NCBI GenBank assembly: GCA_016748015.1 | Contig: JAAOMT010000772.1 | Coordinates: 251,541-315,540 of the forward strand | Length of the DNA stretch: 64,000 bases | Direction of reading: 5' to 3' | Source: Geosiphon pyriformis uo1 | Taxonomy: Eukaryota; Fungi; Glomeromycota | Shown: piece by piece, positions 39,047 through 52,811 of the stretch | How positions within the stretch are numbered: position 1 is the first letter of the stretch | Layout of the letters: every line of letters begins with the position of its first letter | The notes under the pieces: model-generated | What the model was told of the DNA's origin: nothing | Databases searched by the model: none | The model's input: only the letters and a program-made list of their open reading frames with translations | Translations under genes and position numbers: made by a program

Positions 39047-39936
39047 TGTTACAGATGATTATTTGGAGTCTTAAGTCAAATAACAAATCCGTAACTTGGT
39101 GCTCAAAGAGCTGTTTGCATTTGATAATAATTTGAAGATTTTGTAGTCTGAAGGTTTTGTTGAAGTCTTTTGTATAATGGACAGAAATTCAATAGTTGTT
39201 TTATCCATAGCTTCCCAAAATTACAATTCTGTTAATTCTTTTCTCGGCGTGGTGGCTGGCAATCCTCTGGTAAGTAATCTGTAATTCACTTTACGTGCTC
39301 TACCCATTCGCAGGAGTCTTTTACTAGACAATCCTTGACATCAATAATCTAGCACTTTTAATCAATTAGTTCACAACAATAAAATCAAAGAAAGAAATAA
39401 AATAAGAAAATAAAGAAAATAAAAAAATAAGAAAATAAGAAAATAAGCCAAGACAATGTACAGATTAATATTCGTCAATAGCCGTGATCAAGAGCTATTG
39501 TTCCAGTGTGGTTAAGTATTGATTGTTATCAACATAGAATGTTGATAGTGAAAAGTAGATTTGGATGGTAAATAATTTATTTATTCAATATTTTGTAAAG
39601 GGGAGATTTCTAACTAAAGAATTCTGCTTTTTCTATTTCTAATGCTACTACTATATATACATAATTGATGTTATATAAGATTGCTCACATTTTTGAACAA
39701 TGTGCTATGATTTTTTGAGCAATGCTCACATTGCTGAGTGATGTGCTCTAATTTTCTAACATTGCTCCACATTGTTGAGCAATATGCCATGTTTTCTGAC
39801 ATTGCTCCACATTGCTGAGCAATGTGCCATGATTTCTAACATTGCTTCACATTGCTGAGTAATATGCTCACGTGCTAAATACTATTTTCTTATTGGTCTG
39901 CTATTTTCCATATCTATTTCCTTTTTATGAATAACA
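39047..39936 (-). repeat. 3' LTR of element G
   Basis: Matches 48390-49271. Confidence 0.94.
39476..39500 (-). promoter_or_regulatory. Conserved LTR stem-loop with palindromic TGATCA loop (candidate dimerisation signal)
   Basis: Sense strand CAATAGCT-CTTGATCAC-GGCTATTG; recurs in most LTRs of the window. Function is inferred. Confidence 0.55.
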
Positions 39937-39949
39937 TTATCTCCTCCTT

Positions 39950-40650
39950 TAATATTGAGCTCCATCAAAATCTTCATTTTGAATTAATTCTAATACTTCT
40001 TTTTCAAGTATTGTTTGTTCAATTCTGTTCTTTATGTTTTCTACTTGTGTATTGTTCATTTTTTTCCATTGATTAATGGTTATGGTTTTTATGTCAGAGT
40101 GTAACAGTATTTCTGGATAGTTCTGGAATATGTTGTGTAGTCAATAAATTGTTCTCACATGTAGTGTCAAGTTTGTCTTTTTCCCAATAAATTTTTCAAT
40201 TTGCTGTATTATATTTTGGTTAAATACTCTCTTAGATTTGTCGATATACAACTCCTGAATATTCAACTTTTGACCTAGCTGGTAGTAACAATATGATATT
40301 GGAAGTTGTTTTGTTCATTGCTTCCAATTTTTTTTTGTAAGCTTTTCAGTTGGTATCATAATAGATATTTTTCCAAAAGTGTTTTTTACTTTTTCTACTA
40401 TCTTATCTGACCAGTTTTTATTGTTTTTTGGTGGTTGCTAATATGGTGTATTCTTTGTCTTTCTTCTGGTGTTTTGATAGCAGATAGTTTGGTTATTAAT
40501 GATAATTTCTATATCTAACTGTTGTTGACTTAAGGCCTAAAACAATTGTTGAGCTATTGTGTAAATATGGTTTGGTATTTTCATTTTCTTTGTTGCTTTT
40601 GTTGTGTATACTGTGTCTTTATATATTCTTTTAATTGTTCAATTTGCCAT
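39950..40650 (-). pseudogene. Element G ORF3
   Basis: ATG at 40650 overlaps the integrase end. Manual translation gives LPISYCYYQLGQKL..IEKFIGKKTNLTLHVRTIY*LHNIFQNYPEILL. Confidence 0.7.
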
Positions 40651-42017
40651 GTTTGGTGTAATTATTATGATTGGTTCCAGATTTCATAGAATCTCATCTG
40701 GTTGGACTATTATTTTCTGTATTCCTAATTGTAGAATATTACTGGTAAATAGTGGTGTTATCTTGTGATATGGTTTTAATCAATCTTCATGTGCTGCTTT
40801 GGTCAAGATTTTGTTGTTCAATCTTAATTTATAAGCTCTATTTCCTAGAATTTCTTTTATGTGAAATGGTCTGTCCCATTTGGAGTCAAATTTTCCACTC
40901 CATTGTTTTTCCACTTTGGTATGATGTAGAAGTACTTTGTCTCCAATCTTGAATTCAACTGGTTTGTCTGATAGTTGACTATCATGTCTTTTTTTTTGTT
41001 TCTCTTGTGACTTTTGAATGTTATCAGCTGCTCTTCTTTGTTTGTTTTTTAGTGTTTCCATTAAGTCATATGTTTTTCTCAATAGTGTTTCCTGGAAATT
41101 TTTTTTTGTTATTGGTTCAGTTGGATATGTGTTAACTTCTATCTCAACTGGTATTGTTGCTGTTCTATTATATACTAATTCAAATGATATTGCTTGTATA
41201 GTATCTTGCTTCATTGTCCGATATGCAAATAGTACTGATAGTATGAACAAATCTCATTTATTGGTTTTCTTGGCTGAGTTTGGCAATTGCTTTACACAAT
41301 GTTTTATTAAATCTTTTAACTAAACCATTTGTTTGTGGATAATATGGTGATAATAATGGTCTTTTAATTCCGAATCTTTGGCTCAATTCTGCTAGTGTTC
41401 TGTTCACAAAGTGAGTTTCTTGGTCTGATAATAATTTTTTTGGACATTCATGTCGACAAATTAGATCTTGATAAATGAATTTGGCAACAGATTCTGTATC
41501 CACTCTTTGAATTGTTTTTGCTTCTAGCTATTTAATGAGATAGTTTATGGCTACTGTAATATATCTATTTCTTCTACTAGTAATTGTTAATGGTCCGACT
41601 AAGTCAATTCTAATGTGATCAAATGATTGTTTACTTTGATTGGTCTCAGTAGTTCATTGGGTTTTATTCCTTTTTTTTTTTGACAAGAATCACAATTTTG
41701 GACATATTGGATGATGTTTGAATATATTGATGGCTAATAGTATTTTTTTTTGGTCTTTTCCATGGTTGTTTCTTTGTAGAAATATTCTGCTGTTGGATCT
41801 GAGTGCATGTTGAACAGTATTGTTTCTTTTTCTGGTTCTGTAACTACTCTAATTGGTTGATCTGAATTTTGTCTATTTTTTTATAAAGTATGTTTTGGTG
41901 AGTGATAAAGTATTTTGATTGTTGTTTGATACTATTTCGTTCTGATTGAGATAATTTCTCCTTGAACTGTTGAGTATCTATATAATGTTTGAGTTGTTGG
42001 TATTTTTGTGTGTTCAT
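40631..42017 (-). pseudogene. Element G integrase
   Basis: Own ATG at 42017 (MNTQKYQQLKHY); motifs LLSDQETHF, TNGLVKRFNKTL, WDRPFHIKEILGNRAYKL. Confidence 0.9.
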
Positions 42018-42078
42018 CTTTTGTTATATTTTCATTGGATTTGGTTTGGTTTTGTTATATTTTTAGGTTAAAATGTTC

Positions 42079-45000
42079 TTAGATTTGTTTTATTTATGAC
42101 AAACCATCTGCATTTCTGTTGTCTTTTCTCTTTTTATAATGTATGGTATAAGTATATAGTGAGAGTGCCATTTTCTATCTGAATTGTCTGCCATCTTCAA
42201 ATTCTTGTTTTTGGAGTAATGTCAGTTCTTTGTGATCTGTATACACCTCAAACTTCTGGCTCAAGTATTCTTTCCATTTCATAACTGTCCAATAAATTGC
42301 TAAATGTTCTAGTTCTGGTGTTCCATAATTTTTTTTAGCTGAAGTTAAACCTCGGCTGGCATATGCAACTAAATGTTCCCTTCCATCTGGTTCTTTTTGT
42401 GATAGTACTGCTCCCAATGCTTGGCCTGATGTATTAGTGGTAATGATGAACAGTTTATTGTGATCTGGATAAATCAGTACTGGAGCTTGTATAAGCTTTC
42501 TTCTTAGAATATCAAAAGCTTCTTGTTGTGCTTCTGTCTATTCGTATTTCACATTCTTGGTTTGGAGATAATTGAGTGGTTGGACTATCTTAGAAAAGTT
42601 TTTGATGAAGTATCAATAATAAACTGCGAATCCCAAGAATGACTTTAACTCTGTCACATTGGTTGGTACTGGAAAGTTTTTGACTATCACTATTTTTTCT
42701 GGATCCGTTTTGATGCTGTCTTTGCTTACTATATGCCCTAAAAAGTTTAATTCTGTCTTGCCAAAGAAGCACTTATTGGTGTTCAACTTTAGCCCTGCTC
42801 GTCATAGCCTTTCAAACACTTGTTGTAGATAATGCAAATAATCATTGAATATTTTGGAGAACACATTAGTGTCATCTAAATAAATGACTACTGATTTCCA
42901 CAATAAGCTAGTATATACTATTTCTATTAACTGTTGAAATGTGACTGGAGCATTCATCAAGCTGAATGGCATGACTTCAAACTTGAAATTCCCTTTTCTC
43001 ATTATAAAAGCCGTTTTTTCTTTGTCTGCTGAATCCATGGCTACCTGCCAGTATCTACTGTTTAGATCCAGTATTGAGAACCATTTATTTCTTCCAAAAG
43101 CATTGAATAGCTCCTGAATTCATGGAGTTGGATAGCTGTCTCCACGGATGACTCTATTGAGTTTTCTGTAGTCCACACAAAATCTGATCTTTCTATTCTT
43201 CTTCCAAACGAGTACTACTGGTAATGACCATGGGCTTATAGATGGCTGAATTAGCCTGTTGTCAAGCATTTAGTTGATTTCTTGACAAATAATCTCATGC
43301 CTGGCTGGTGGTACTCTGTATGCTTGTTGTTTAATTGGTATAGCATCTTTAGTCTTGATCTGATGTTAGATGATATCAGTTCTACCAAATTTATTTTTGC
43401 TAGTAAAGATGTCATTGAAGTTGTTGAGTAATATCTTGAGTTGTATATGTTAGAGTGGATCCAAATTTCTCATGTTCATTTGTTTCAATTGTTCTGATTG
43501 GAGCAAATAACATTTATTTTGTCCATAAATTGTTTGTGATGTGATATCCACATATCCGCATAGCTGTAGAAAGTCTGAAATAATACTTGGTAATTGATTT
43601 TCTAATTCAGTGCTTATGTATCCAATGATAGTTTTCTGATATTGTGATGGCATCTTCTGTGGTATTGTAAATGAAAATTTTAATATGGTTGTGGTTTTTG
43701 GCTGGTATGTGGAGATTGATGAGTTTAATCTCTTCTGATTCACAAAGGCTTGTTTCTGCTTCAAAAATCTGATTCTTATCTTTTACCTTTCTCTCTATAA
43801 TTATTATGTACTGGTCATATAGTGGAATAGAAATTACTTGACCAGTTGAGATAATTTTTCCTTGGCCAATCATTTTTTTTTCTGCCATATTGACTGGTAC
43901 ATCTATTCTACTTGTGGATCCAAATTCCTGTATTCCTTTAGCTGTTATCCTTAATTCTTTTCTTTTTCCCACTGATACTAATTAAGCTACTTTAACCAAA
44001 GACAGGAATATTGCCTGTGCTATCTTTTCATTTAGTTCTATTATATAGGTCTTTTCTGAGTCATTTTGTAGCATTGCCATTATATTTCCTACATATCCAG
44101 CATCGATTATTCCTTCTCTTATATTAATCCCTCTTTTTGCTAAACTACTTCTGGAAGCTAGTTGAATCATAGTTGTTGCTGGTATTTTCAACACTATTTT
44201 CAGATCATTGCAGGTGTGTGAATGTGGCTCTAATTTAATGGCATCTTTCTCTGAATACCTCAGATTAAACCCAGCATCAGTATTATGCACACGTTCTGAC
44301 ATGATTCCTTTCTCATTATCACTGAACCATTTCAAAGTCTGCTCCTTGGTAAGATCAGGGAGCGTGATATATATTTTTGGGTTTGAATTGGAGTCCCAAT
44401 TGCTGTTGTTTTTGTTGTCATTTTGAACAGAACTGGAACCAGTGTTTTTGTCATCATCATTGTCGGAGTTTAAATCAGAATTGAAAACTGATTCTGATTC
44501 TGATGCGCAGCTGCTGATTGGTTCTTTTTCTTCTGGAATCATGTAGATTATGCATGGTGGTAGATTGTAAATAAGGTCACAATCATCACAGAATTGGAAG
44601 TCACATGGGATCAAACAGTGGTCACATAATCAGATATTTATTTTCTCCAAACATTGCTTTTGCTTTTCTCTCATGGGTGCTAAGTTCTGATAGTGTTCAT
44701 AAAATTTTTCTGGGCTGTTTTCTAAGTCAAGAAAAGCATTCGGATTGAGAACCAAAACAATGTCTGTTGGTTCTGGAGGGTTGTTTTTGATTTCCAGAAT
44801 TTTACTGAGTGAAGTGTCTTCTACTTTGGCATTGGCTATTTGCCAGATTTCGTTCTTGTCATGTGGATAACCTTCTAAACAAGAGATTACTTGGTGTCAG
44901 GCTGCTGTAATAGGTGTTCCACAATTCACTCAATCACTGATGAGAATTATGTACTGGCACAAAGTGTCACACATTCCCCCTCAACTAGGAATGTTATTTC

Positions 45001-48000
45001 ACATCTCTTTGTTGAGCAGTTGTTCTCTACAAGCAAGACATGATTTATTGTCCCACTTGTCTTGTCTCTTGGGGTACCCATAGCATTTGCAGTAGTATGG
45101 TTTGCAATAATAATGGGTGTGCATCCAGTAGTCTTTGTCTGGTGCAACCCAAGCTTCCATTGAAAACAACTTTTTGTTGCAGTCTTTATATTTGAGAGAA
45201 ATATGCGGTGGCTCTGGTCTGGTGTTGGTTGAGTAGAATCTTCCCCAGCCACTGGTGCTGGCTTTGGTGGTTTTGTTAGTTTTAAGTCGGTTTTCTTCAT
45301 TTCCTTTCTCTTTTTCTTGATTGCTTTCCTTATACTCCCAGGTTGATGGGTCTTCTTGATTATTGTTAATTTCCCAAGCTTGATCAGTGTTCCAGGTAAG
45401 TTCTTTTTTTTTTTCCTTTTTCTTGGTCATTGTCATTCCAGACAAGTATTGGCAGCAGTTTGTTGTAATCAACATTGGTCCATGATACTTGGTATGCTTC
45501 CCAGGTGGGTTTTGGCTTCTTTTCCTCCAAGTCAATTAATGGGGCTAGCATGTAACTGGATTTGAAATGGCCACACGTTGCTGATATTTATATGTGTTAG
45601 CTGTTTTGGCTAAGTTGCAACTTCTGAGTGGTCTAATCGAGGATGGCATTTGTTTTGATGAGCCAGTCATTACCAACTAGTGCTTGGTACTAAGTGGCTT
45701 CCATAACTAGTACTTTAATTAGGATAATTATGCCATTGATTTCTATAAAGAAGTTGTCAATTTCGCCAATAGAAGTTTTGGTTGCTCTATTGGCAGTGAT
45801 GATTTTTGTGCTGGCAGCTTGATCAACTTGGCAACCTAATTAATCTATGAGTTGTCTTGTGATGATGCTGCCAGTTGATCCACTATCTAGGATCAGTTTG
45901 ATGAGGTGGCCATTGACTTTCACATCAGTGTACATCATCATAATGGGTTTTTCTTCTAAGGTGGCTCTACTGAATAGTAGTACTGTTGTAGTTTCCTCGA
46001 GTTTGAAAGAAAATATGGCAGTCAATGTTTTGTCATTGGTGACGGTGGCTGGAGGTATGTTGTTGATAAGTACTGATTGTCAATTGGATTCTGAGTTGTG
46101 AGAGATGGCGTCTTCTGAAGTAACCAAGAGACTTAAATAATGTTGAGAATTTGGATTTTGGGTGGAATCGGTACCTGAATTCTGCTGACAAGAACCAGAT
46201 TGTTGTGCTGATAAACTGGGGATTGATTAGTGAACTATCATTGCTAATCTCCAGTTTTGTTGTGTCATTCTCAGCCTTTGGGTTCTGTTTTGAGGTAAGT
46301 TTTGTGGCAGTGTTTGAATTTGGGGTGTTTGATAGATTAACTGGGACTGCGGTTAATAAATTGTTGGTGGCTGCAGTTGATAGATGGCCTATGATTGATA
46401 TACTGGAGTTTGATAGACTGGTGGTTGATAGATTGGTTGTTGCATCATGGACTGGTAAGTAGATTGATCTTGATTTTGATAGTTATTTGGGGTTTAGAAC
46501 TGGTGATTGGGGTTTCGATATTGATTTTCCGATTGTGGATTGCTATAATTATGGCAATTGACTCAGATATGGTCTTGTTTACCACAGTTATGGCAGACAC
46601 ATATCTCTTGTTGCCATGGCTAATTGGAGGATGTTGAAAAACGTGACTGATTTTGGAAATAATTGGCATTTCCTTGATTACTGCGTCATTGTAGAGGTTG
46701 ATAGATTGGGCAATTGTTAGCTAAGTATCCTTCTAATTTCTGATTAATTGAATTGCTGAATTGTTTCAATTTGGAATCTAGTTCAGATGATCCATTCATC
46801 ACTAGGTTTATGGCTTGAGTATGATTGGCCTCTAACTTTGCTGACTCAAAATCCCTGGCATGTGTAACTGCATCTTGAAAAGTGTTAAGATGCAATGTGT
46901 GTACATGTTGTAAAATGCTACTGCGCAGGCCACAGATAAACTGGTTGAGGATTTGTGGTGCTGTAAAATAGTTAGCATTGATTGCTTGAATCTGTCACAG
47001 ATTTCTATGAAATTGTCTCAAATAAGTAGTGACTGCTTTAGTTTCCCCTTGTTTAATAGTAGTGAAAGTATTGGCCAAGCAATTAATACTATTATTATTA
47101 CTGAAATATCTCAAGAACTCCAATTTGAATTCTTGGAAGGTTTGTAGTCTGGCTGCTAAACTTTGATACCAGGAATCAGTAGTATTCTGGAGAAAGTATG
47201 GGATTGCTTGGAGGGCTCTTTGGTCATCCCAGTTATTCGCCGTAATTGCTTTGGCAATATTATTAATCCATGCCTGGGTGTTGTTCTCTTTGCCAGTAAA
47301 CTTCTTAAGTTTTGCAATTGGTGCAAATGCCATGGGTTGTTGTTGCTGTAGAGGTAGTACTGGTGGCTGTTGAATTGGCTGTTGTGGATGTTGAATCAGT
47401 TGCTGGAGTGGCTGCTATTAAATTGGTTCAATTAGTGGCTGATTGATGATGATTTTTGGAGGTAAGTTTTGCTGATTGATTGTTTCAGAGTTTCAATTAT
47501 CCTGAGTTGGTAGTGTCTGAATATTTGGAGTTTTGATTTCCAGGTTTCTAGACTTAGATGTTTCAGAGTTTGAACATTTGGAGTTTCAAATTCTGGGTTT
47601 TCTGGAATTGGGTTTTGGTAAGTAAATTTCTGATTCTCAGATTTTTCTTTTTCCTCTTTTTCTTGTTCTCCTTCCGATTCTGTGACTTCCCAAGGACTTG
47701 TAGTTCCGAAATCTGGTTGAGATAGTGGTGATTGAAATCCTGATGGTGTTGGCAATCATGATTTAAATCCTTCAAAATATGCACCATATGGTCCTAATAA
47801 GTCTTCTTTCCTTTGTTTACTTTGAAATGGGAATTATTCAAATGTTGATGTCACATTTAATGTAGACACACCTACTGCTGCGATATTGATGATGCTTCTA
47901 GGAATATAATAATATAATAGATTTGTAGGTAATTCAATTCTGTGTTTTTTCCAAGTGGGTGGTTGGATACGTTGAAGTGTTACTGCTGGTGTTTGTAGTT

Positions 48001-48388
48001 TTCTTTTGCCTTTACTTGCATAGATGATTGGATATCTCTGTTGTATGTAATGTTCAATTTTTTTATTAATCTCAGTAATGATAGATGTGAAATTATAGTT
48101 TGTTGGTAAGCTGCTGTTTTGGATCAATTCATTGTAAAAAGTTTCCCTTGCTAATTCAGTATTTGTTGCTGTTCCTAATAAGTAGGCAATTCTTTCATTG
48201 ACGTAAAAGTTGAAGGCTGACTCTACTAATATATGATTCGGGTTTAATCCCAAATGTTGACAGTAATGTTGAAATAAGGATTTCACGAATCCTAAATGGT
48301 TTGCTCCTATGCTTTCTGATTCTGCCACTTTTGGATGAGGTTGTTGGTGCTGGTTCCTTGTAGGATTATATCTTACAGGAAGCACCAA
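42079..48388 (-). pseudogene. Element G ORF1 (extension, Gag, PR, Cys-rich, dUTPase, RT, RNase H)
   Basis: MAFAPIAKL at 47333, LILDSGST, DAGFNL/RSSLA/GIIDAGYVG, YLDD, AYASRGL. Confidence 0.92.
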
Positions 48389-48389
48389 A

Positions 48390-49271
48390 TGTTACAAATA
48401 ATTATTTGGGGTCTCAAGTCAAATAACAAACCTGTAACTTGGTGCTCAAAGGGCTGTTCACATTTGATGGTAATCTGAAGGTTTTGTAGTTTGAAGGTTT
48501 TGTTGGAGTTCTTTGTATAATGGACAGAGATTCAATAGTTGTTTTATTCGTAGCTTCTTACAATCGCAATTCTGTCAATTTTTCTCTTAGCATAGTGGCT
48601 GGCAATCCTCTGGTAAGTAATCTGTAATTTGTTTTACGTGCTCTACCCACTTACAGAGGTTTTTTACCAGGCAATCTTTAACATCAGTAATCTAGCACTT
48701 TTAATTAATTAGTACACAACAATAAAATCAAAGAAAGAAATAAAATAAGAAAATAAAGAAAATAAAAAAATAAGAAAATAAGCCAAGGCAATGCACAGAT
48801 TAATATTCATCAATAGCCATGATCAAGAGCTATTGTTTTAGTGTGGTTAAGTATCAATTGTTATCAACATAGAGTGTTGATAGTAAAAAGTAGATTTGGA
48901 TGGTAAATAATTTATTTATTCAATATTTTGTAAAGGGGAAATTTCTAACTAAAGAATTCTGCTTTTTTTACTTCTAATGCTACCACTATATATACATAAT
49001 TGATGTTATACAAAATTGCTCACATTTTCGAGTAATGTGCTATGATTTCTTGAGCAATGTTCACATTGCTAAGTGATGTGCTCTAATTTTTTAACATTAC
49101 TCCACATTGCTGAGCAATGTGCCATGTTTTCTGATATTGCTCCATATTGCTAAGCAATGTGCCATAATTTCTGATATTGCTCCACATTGCTGAGCAATGT
49201 GTTCACATGCTAAATACTATTCTCTTATTAGTCTGCTATTTTCCATATCTATTTTCTTTTTATGAGTAACA
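48390..49271 (-). repeat. 5' LTR of element G
   Basis: tgttac...gtaaca; adjacent PBS. Confidence 0.94.
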
Positions 49272-49392
49272 GTATGAAGACAACTATTAATATTTTAATG
49301 ACCTTTAAATATCTTAAAAAACTTCAATCTTCTCTAGAAAAGAAAAAAAATTTAACAATTTGCAGAAGCTCATTTTTTAAAGATAAAAAAAA

Positions 49393-50800
49393 TATTACCA
49401 GAAAATTTTCATGCTTTTCAATGCAAAAATTACAACATATTCAATGAAAATTAACATCAAAATCATGCAAAAAAGACTTATATTATTACATTTAATCAAC
49501 AAAATTAGTCAGCAATCTGAAAATAAATGATTAGCAATCAGTTCAATTACAACAAAAAAATATGACACAATTTAACAGTTTAACTAAGTTGAATACAAAA
49601 AAACTTTGGCAAACTAAGAAACACCAATAAAAATAAACAATTAACATATGTAATCTGATAACAACAGACTTTGTTATGCTCTAAGATTCCAATACACCCT
49701 TATTAGAACAATCCAACATTTCAGATTTGTAATCAATAGTTAAAAGTGGTTACCAAAAAATGTAATCAATTGATCTACTTTTGATTATATTGATTATAAT
49801 TACAATTAGTATCATTGATTTATAATTAATGTTTTAGATTCAGTCATTTAAATCTGATCATCTAAATTATTAACTTTTGAATAAATAACAGATTAAGTAA
49901 GCTTATTATAAATTAATTAATTTAATATATATAAATAATTGATGTATTTTAAATAATTCTAATATAGTATATAAATTTAATATAATTTAGCTATATATAC
50001 AGTTTCTTTGTTAGGTCAGAAAAGTATCAGTTTAATACTAAGCCAACTTTTTACTATAGTTTTTATAGTGAGCAGTCAGTTTTTTTTCTACATTTTACTC
50101 TTTTTTTTTCTCTTTCTATGCTCTAAATATTTGTTATTACAATCTCAAATATGCCTTTCCATATTTTTTATTACCATTTGAAATCACATTGTTTATAATC
50201 TTTTATTTACTTATTATCATCATTTTAAGTTTTTCTATTATTTCTGATCTTCAAATTATGTATTATTATTATTTCACATTAAGATTTGTTTTATTAAACA
50301 AGTTGTTAAATATAAAAATAAGTAATAAAATATCATATTGTTAGAGAGTAGTTTTAACAATAAAAAGTTTAATTAAAATCTATTTCAGTTATGTTTGACT
50401 TTTATAATCCTTTTATAATTCTTATAATTTTACTTTCAAAGTTGAGCATTTGAACACCACATCTTTTCAATGACTAATTAAAAAAATTCTGATTATGTAT
50501 TTATTAAAATAGTTTGGTTTTACTCTTGTTGTTAGTTGTGTTTTTAATATATATATATAAATGTGACTTTTTTTTTCTCTTCAAAATATCTAAGACTGGT
50601 TCTTACCCAAAAACAAATAATAATAACAATATTTTTTTTCGCTTTTAATAATATTATTATATATTCTTTTTTGCTTTCTTACTTACTAAAATAGTTTATA
50701 CACTTATAATATACTATAGTTAGTAGCATAATTATGATAATGTGTGTTATCAGTTGAGCTTAGAAATGTTTTTAAATACTAACAAAAACCACTAGTAACA
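49393..50800 (+). repeat. Right LTR of element X
   Basis: Collinear with 37635-39022; followed by TSD GCAG and resumption of the LINE. Confidence 0.88.
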
Positions 50801-51845
50801 GCAGCTTACCAATTATAGTGGCTAAAAAAGACAAATTTTATCAATATTTGAATATATTTTTATTAACAAAAAGGCTGTCAAAGCTTAGTTTAGTTAAAGC
50901 ACAATTAAATGTACAGTTTTTCTTAAACACAGTTTTGTGCAAAGCTATTTATGATAAATAATTCTGTTATTTGGTTTTTTTAATTTTACAATTTATTATT
51001 AATTACAGGATGCAATTTAGTTTCATTCTTAAGGACATTTGTACTAAATAAGATGCTATAATCAGAAAAAACCTAAAGCTTAAATTGGGTTTTCTATGTG
51101 ATTTTTTTACAGATGCTTTGTTATATTCATCTCTTTATAATATGAAAAATTTTGGCCAAGTACAAGCCAAAAGTAAGTCTTTTTTTATAATAAGTTTTGC
51201 AAATGCTCCTGGTATTTTGGAGCAGTTTTTTATTTATTGGTGTTTAGACTTGTAAATTTTTAGTTGATTACTAGTACATTTTTTGTGTTATTCTGTTAGA
51301 TTAAAAATTAATTTTAGGAATAATTTTTTAGCTGGAATTGTGAAAATTTTTTTATTTTGTAATTTGTTTTTTTTTGTGGCTCTATTAAGTGCTTTTTATT
51401 TTTCTAGCAAGACATTAATGTCTGAGGTTTTTAAAAGCACAGGCTTTTTTAAAGTAGCTTATTCTCTAAAATACTATAACATAATGTTTGTAGAACAGTT
51501 ACTGAACAAGAAAAGAGGTTGTTTTAATTAGAAGTATTTTAAATGTTGAAAATATTTGAATCTGTAGGGCTTTGTTCCTGTTTGGTTTAGCTTAGCCACC
51601 CAGTTTCTAAGAAACAGATTAGCTATAGCTTGTAATATGTTTTGATTCTTTAGTATAAACTTCTTTGATCTTAACACAACAGATCTAATTAGCCATGCTA
51701 AAAACAAATTATTAAAATCTGATTTAAGTTTTTTTAATGTGTATAAAGATAGTTCTGTCAAAAGTTTTGGTTTGACTTCAATTAATGAAGAAACTACAGC
51801 ATATTATTTCAACATTGATTTTGGTATTAAAATTAAAGTCAATGG

Positions 51846-52811
51846 TGTTACAGATGATTATTTGGGGTTTCAAAGCAAATAAAAAACCTGTAACTTGGTG
51901 CTCAATAGCTTAAAATAGTTGGTGATATCTGAAGGTTGTTTGTATTTGAAGATTTTTGAAATCTGAAGATTTGAGTTGAAGTTCTTTGTATAATAGACAA
52001 AAATTTACTATGGTTGGTTTTGGTTGATTTTCCAAGTCATTTTTCCAATTTTTGTCTTCAATATGGTGGCTGATTTAATTTGACAGTTGTGCTCTTCTGG
52101 TAAGCTATCTATTAATATATATATAATTCTACCCTTATTTCTGGATCTTTTACCAGGCTATCCATAACATCAATATTCAATATTTTAATCCTTTAATCAA
52201 TTAGTATACCACAAACAAAAGAAAATAAAATAAAAAAAAATAAAAAAATAAAAAATAAAAAAATTAAGCCAAGACAATTAAGTTAATATCTCATCAATAG
52301 CCATAATCAAGAGCTATTGTCCTAGTGTGATTAAATATCAATTTTTATTAACATGAAGTGTTGATAGTAGAAAGTGGATTGAGATAACAAATAATTATTT
52401 ATTAATATTTGTGATTTGAAAAAGTTGCTTAGATCAAATCTAAACTAAGAAGTCTTAAGAATTCTAATAATTATGACTTGTGAGTCTAATTGACTCTAAA
52501 AGTCTTACTGACTCTGAAAGTCTAATTTTCTAGCTTCTGATACTACTGCTATATATATATAAATTTTATTGTATGAGATTTCTTGAATTCCTCAATTTTT
52601 TAGCCAAGAATCTTGGAATTCCTGAAATCTTGCAATTCCTTTGAGAGGAATTCTGAAATTCTGGAATCCTGTAATTTCTCATATGAGAATTCTGAAATTT
52701 CTGGAATTCTGCAATTCCTCTAAGAGGAATCCTGGAATTCTGCATTTACTATATCTACTTCTGATTGGCTAATTTATATGCTAATATATTTCTTATATTC
52801 TATGAATAACA
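51846..52811 (-). mobile_element. Solo LTR H (family-1 U5, distinct U3) in the LINE RNase H region
   Basis: tgttacagatg...ataaca with a perfect TSD ATGG. Confidence 0.92.

Larger units (their letters stand above)
39047..49271 (-). mobile_element. Ty3/Gypsy element G, full length (10225 bp), uninterrupted
   Basis: LTRs at 39047-39936 and 48390-49271, perfect TSD GTAT, PPT aaaggaggagataa next to 39937, PBS tttggtgcttcctgtaag at 48372-48389. Confidence 0.95.
37635..50800 (+). mobile_element. Non-autonomous LTR element X: two ~1.4-kb LTRs and ~140 bp non-coding interior; hosts element G
   Basis: Direct repeats 37635-39022 and 49393-50800 with tattacc...gtaa(c/t)a ends and a perfect TSD GCAG. 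PBS-like tatagtgtc at 39023 and PPT-like tract before 49393 give the orientation only weakly. Confidence 0.85.

Noticed and set aside
39340-39470. Intron in the LTR leader (T-rich tract, ACTAAT branch-like motif, AG)
   Set aside because: I could not identify a conserved donor site, and the tract is equally explained as a polyadenylation-associated element.
2403-47351. Alternative genetic code to explain the many in-frame stops
   Set aside because: All three stop codons occur, at positions that differ between copies and map to CAA, CGA and TGG, which indicates mutational decay.
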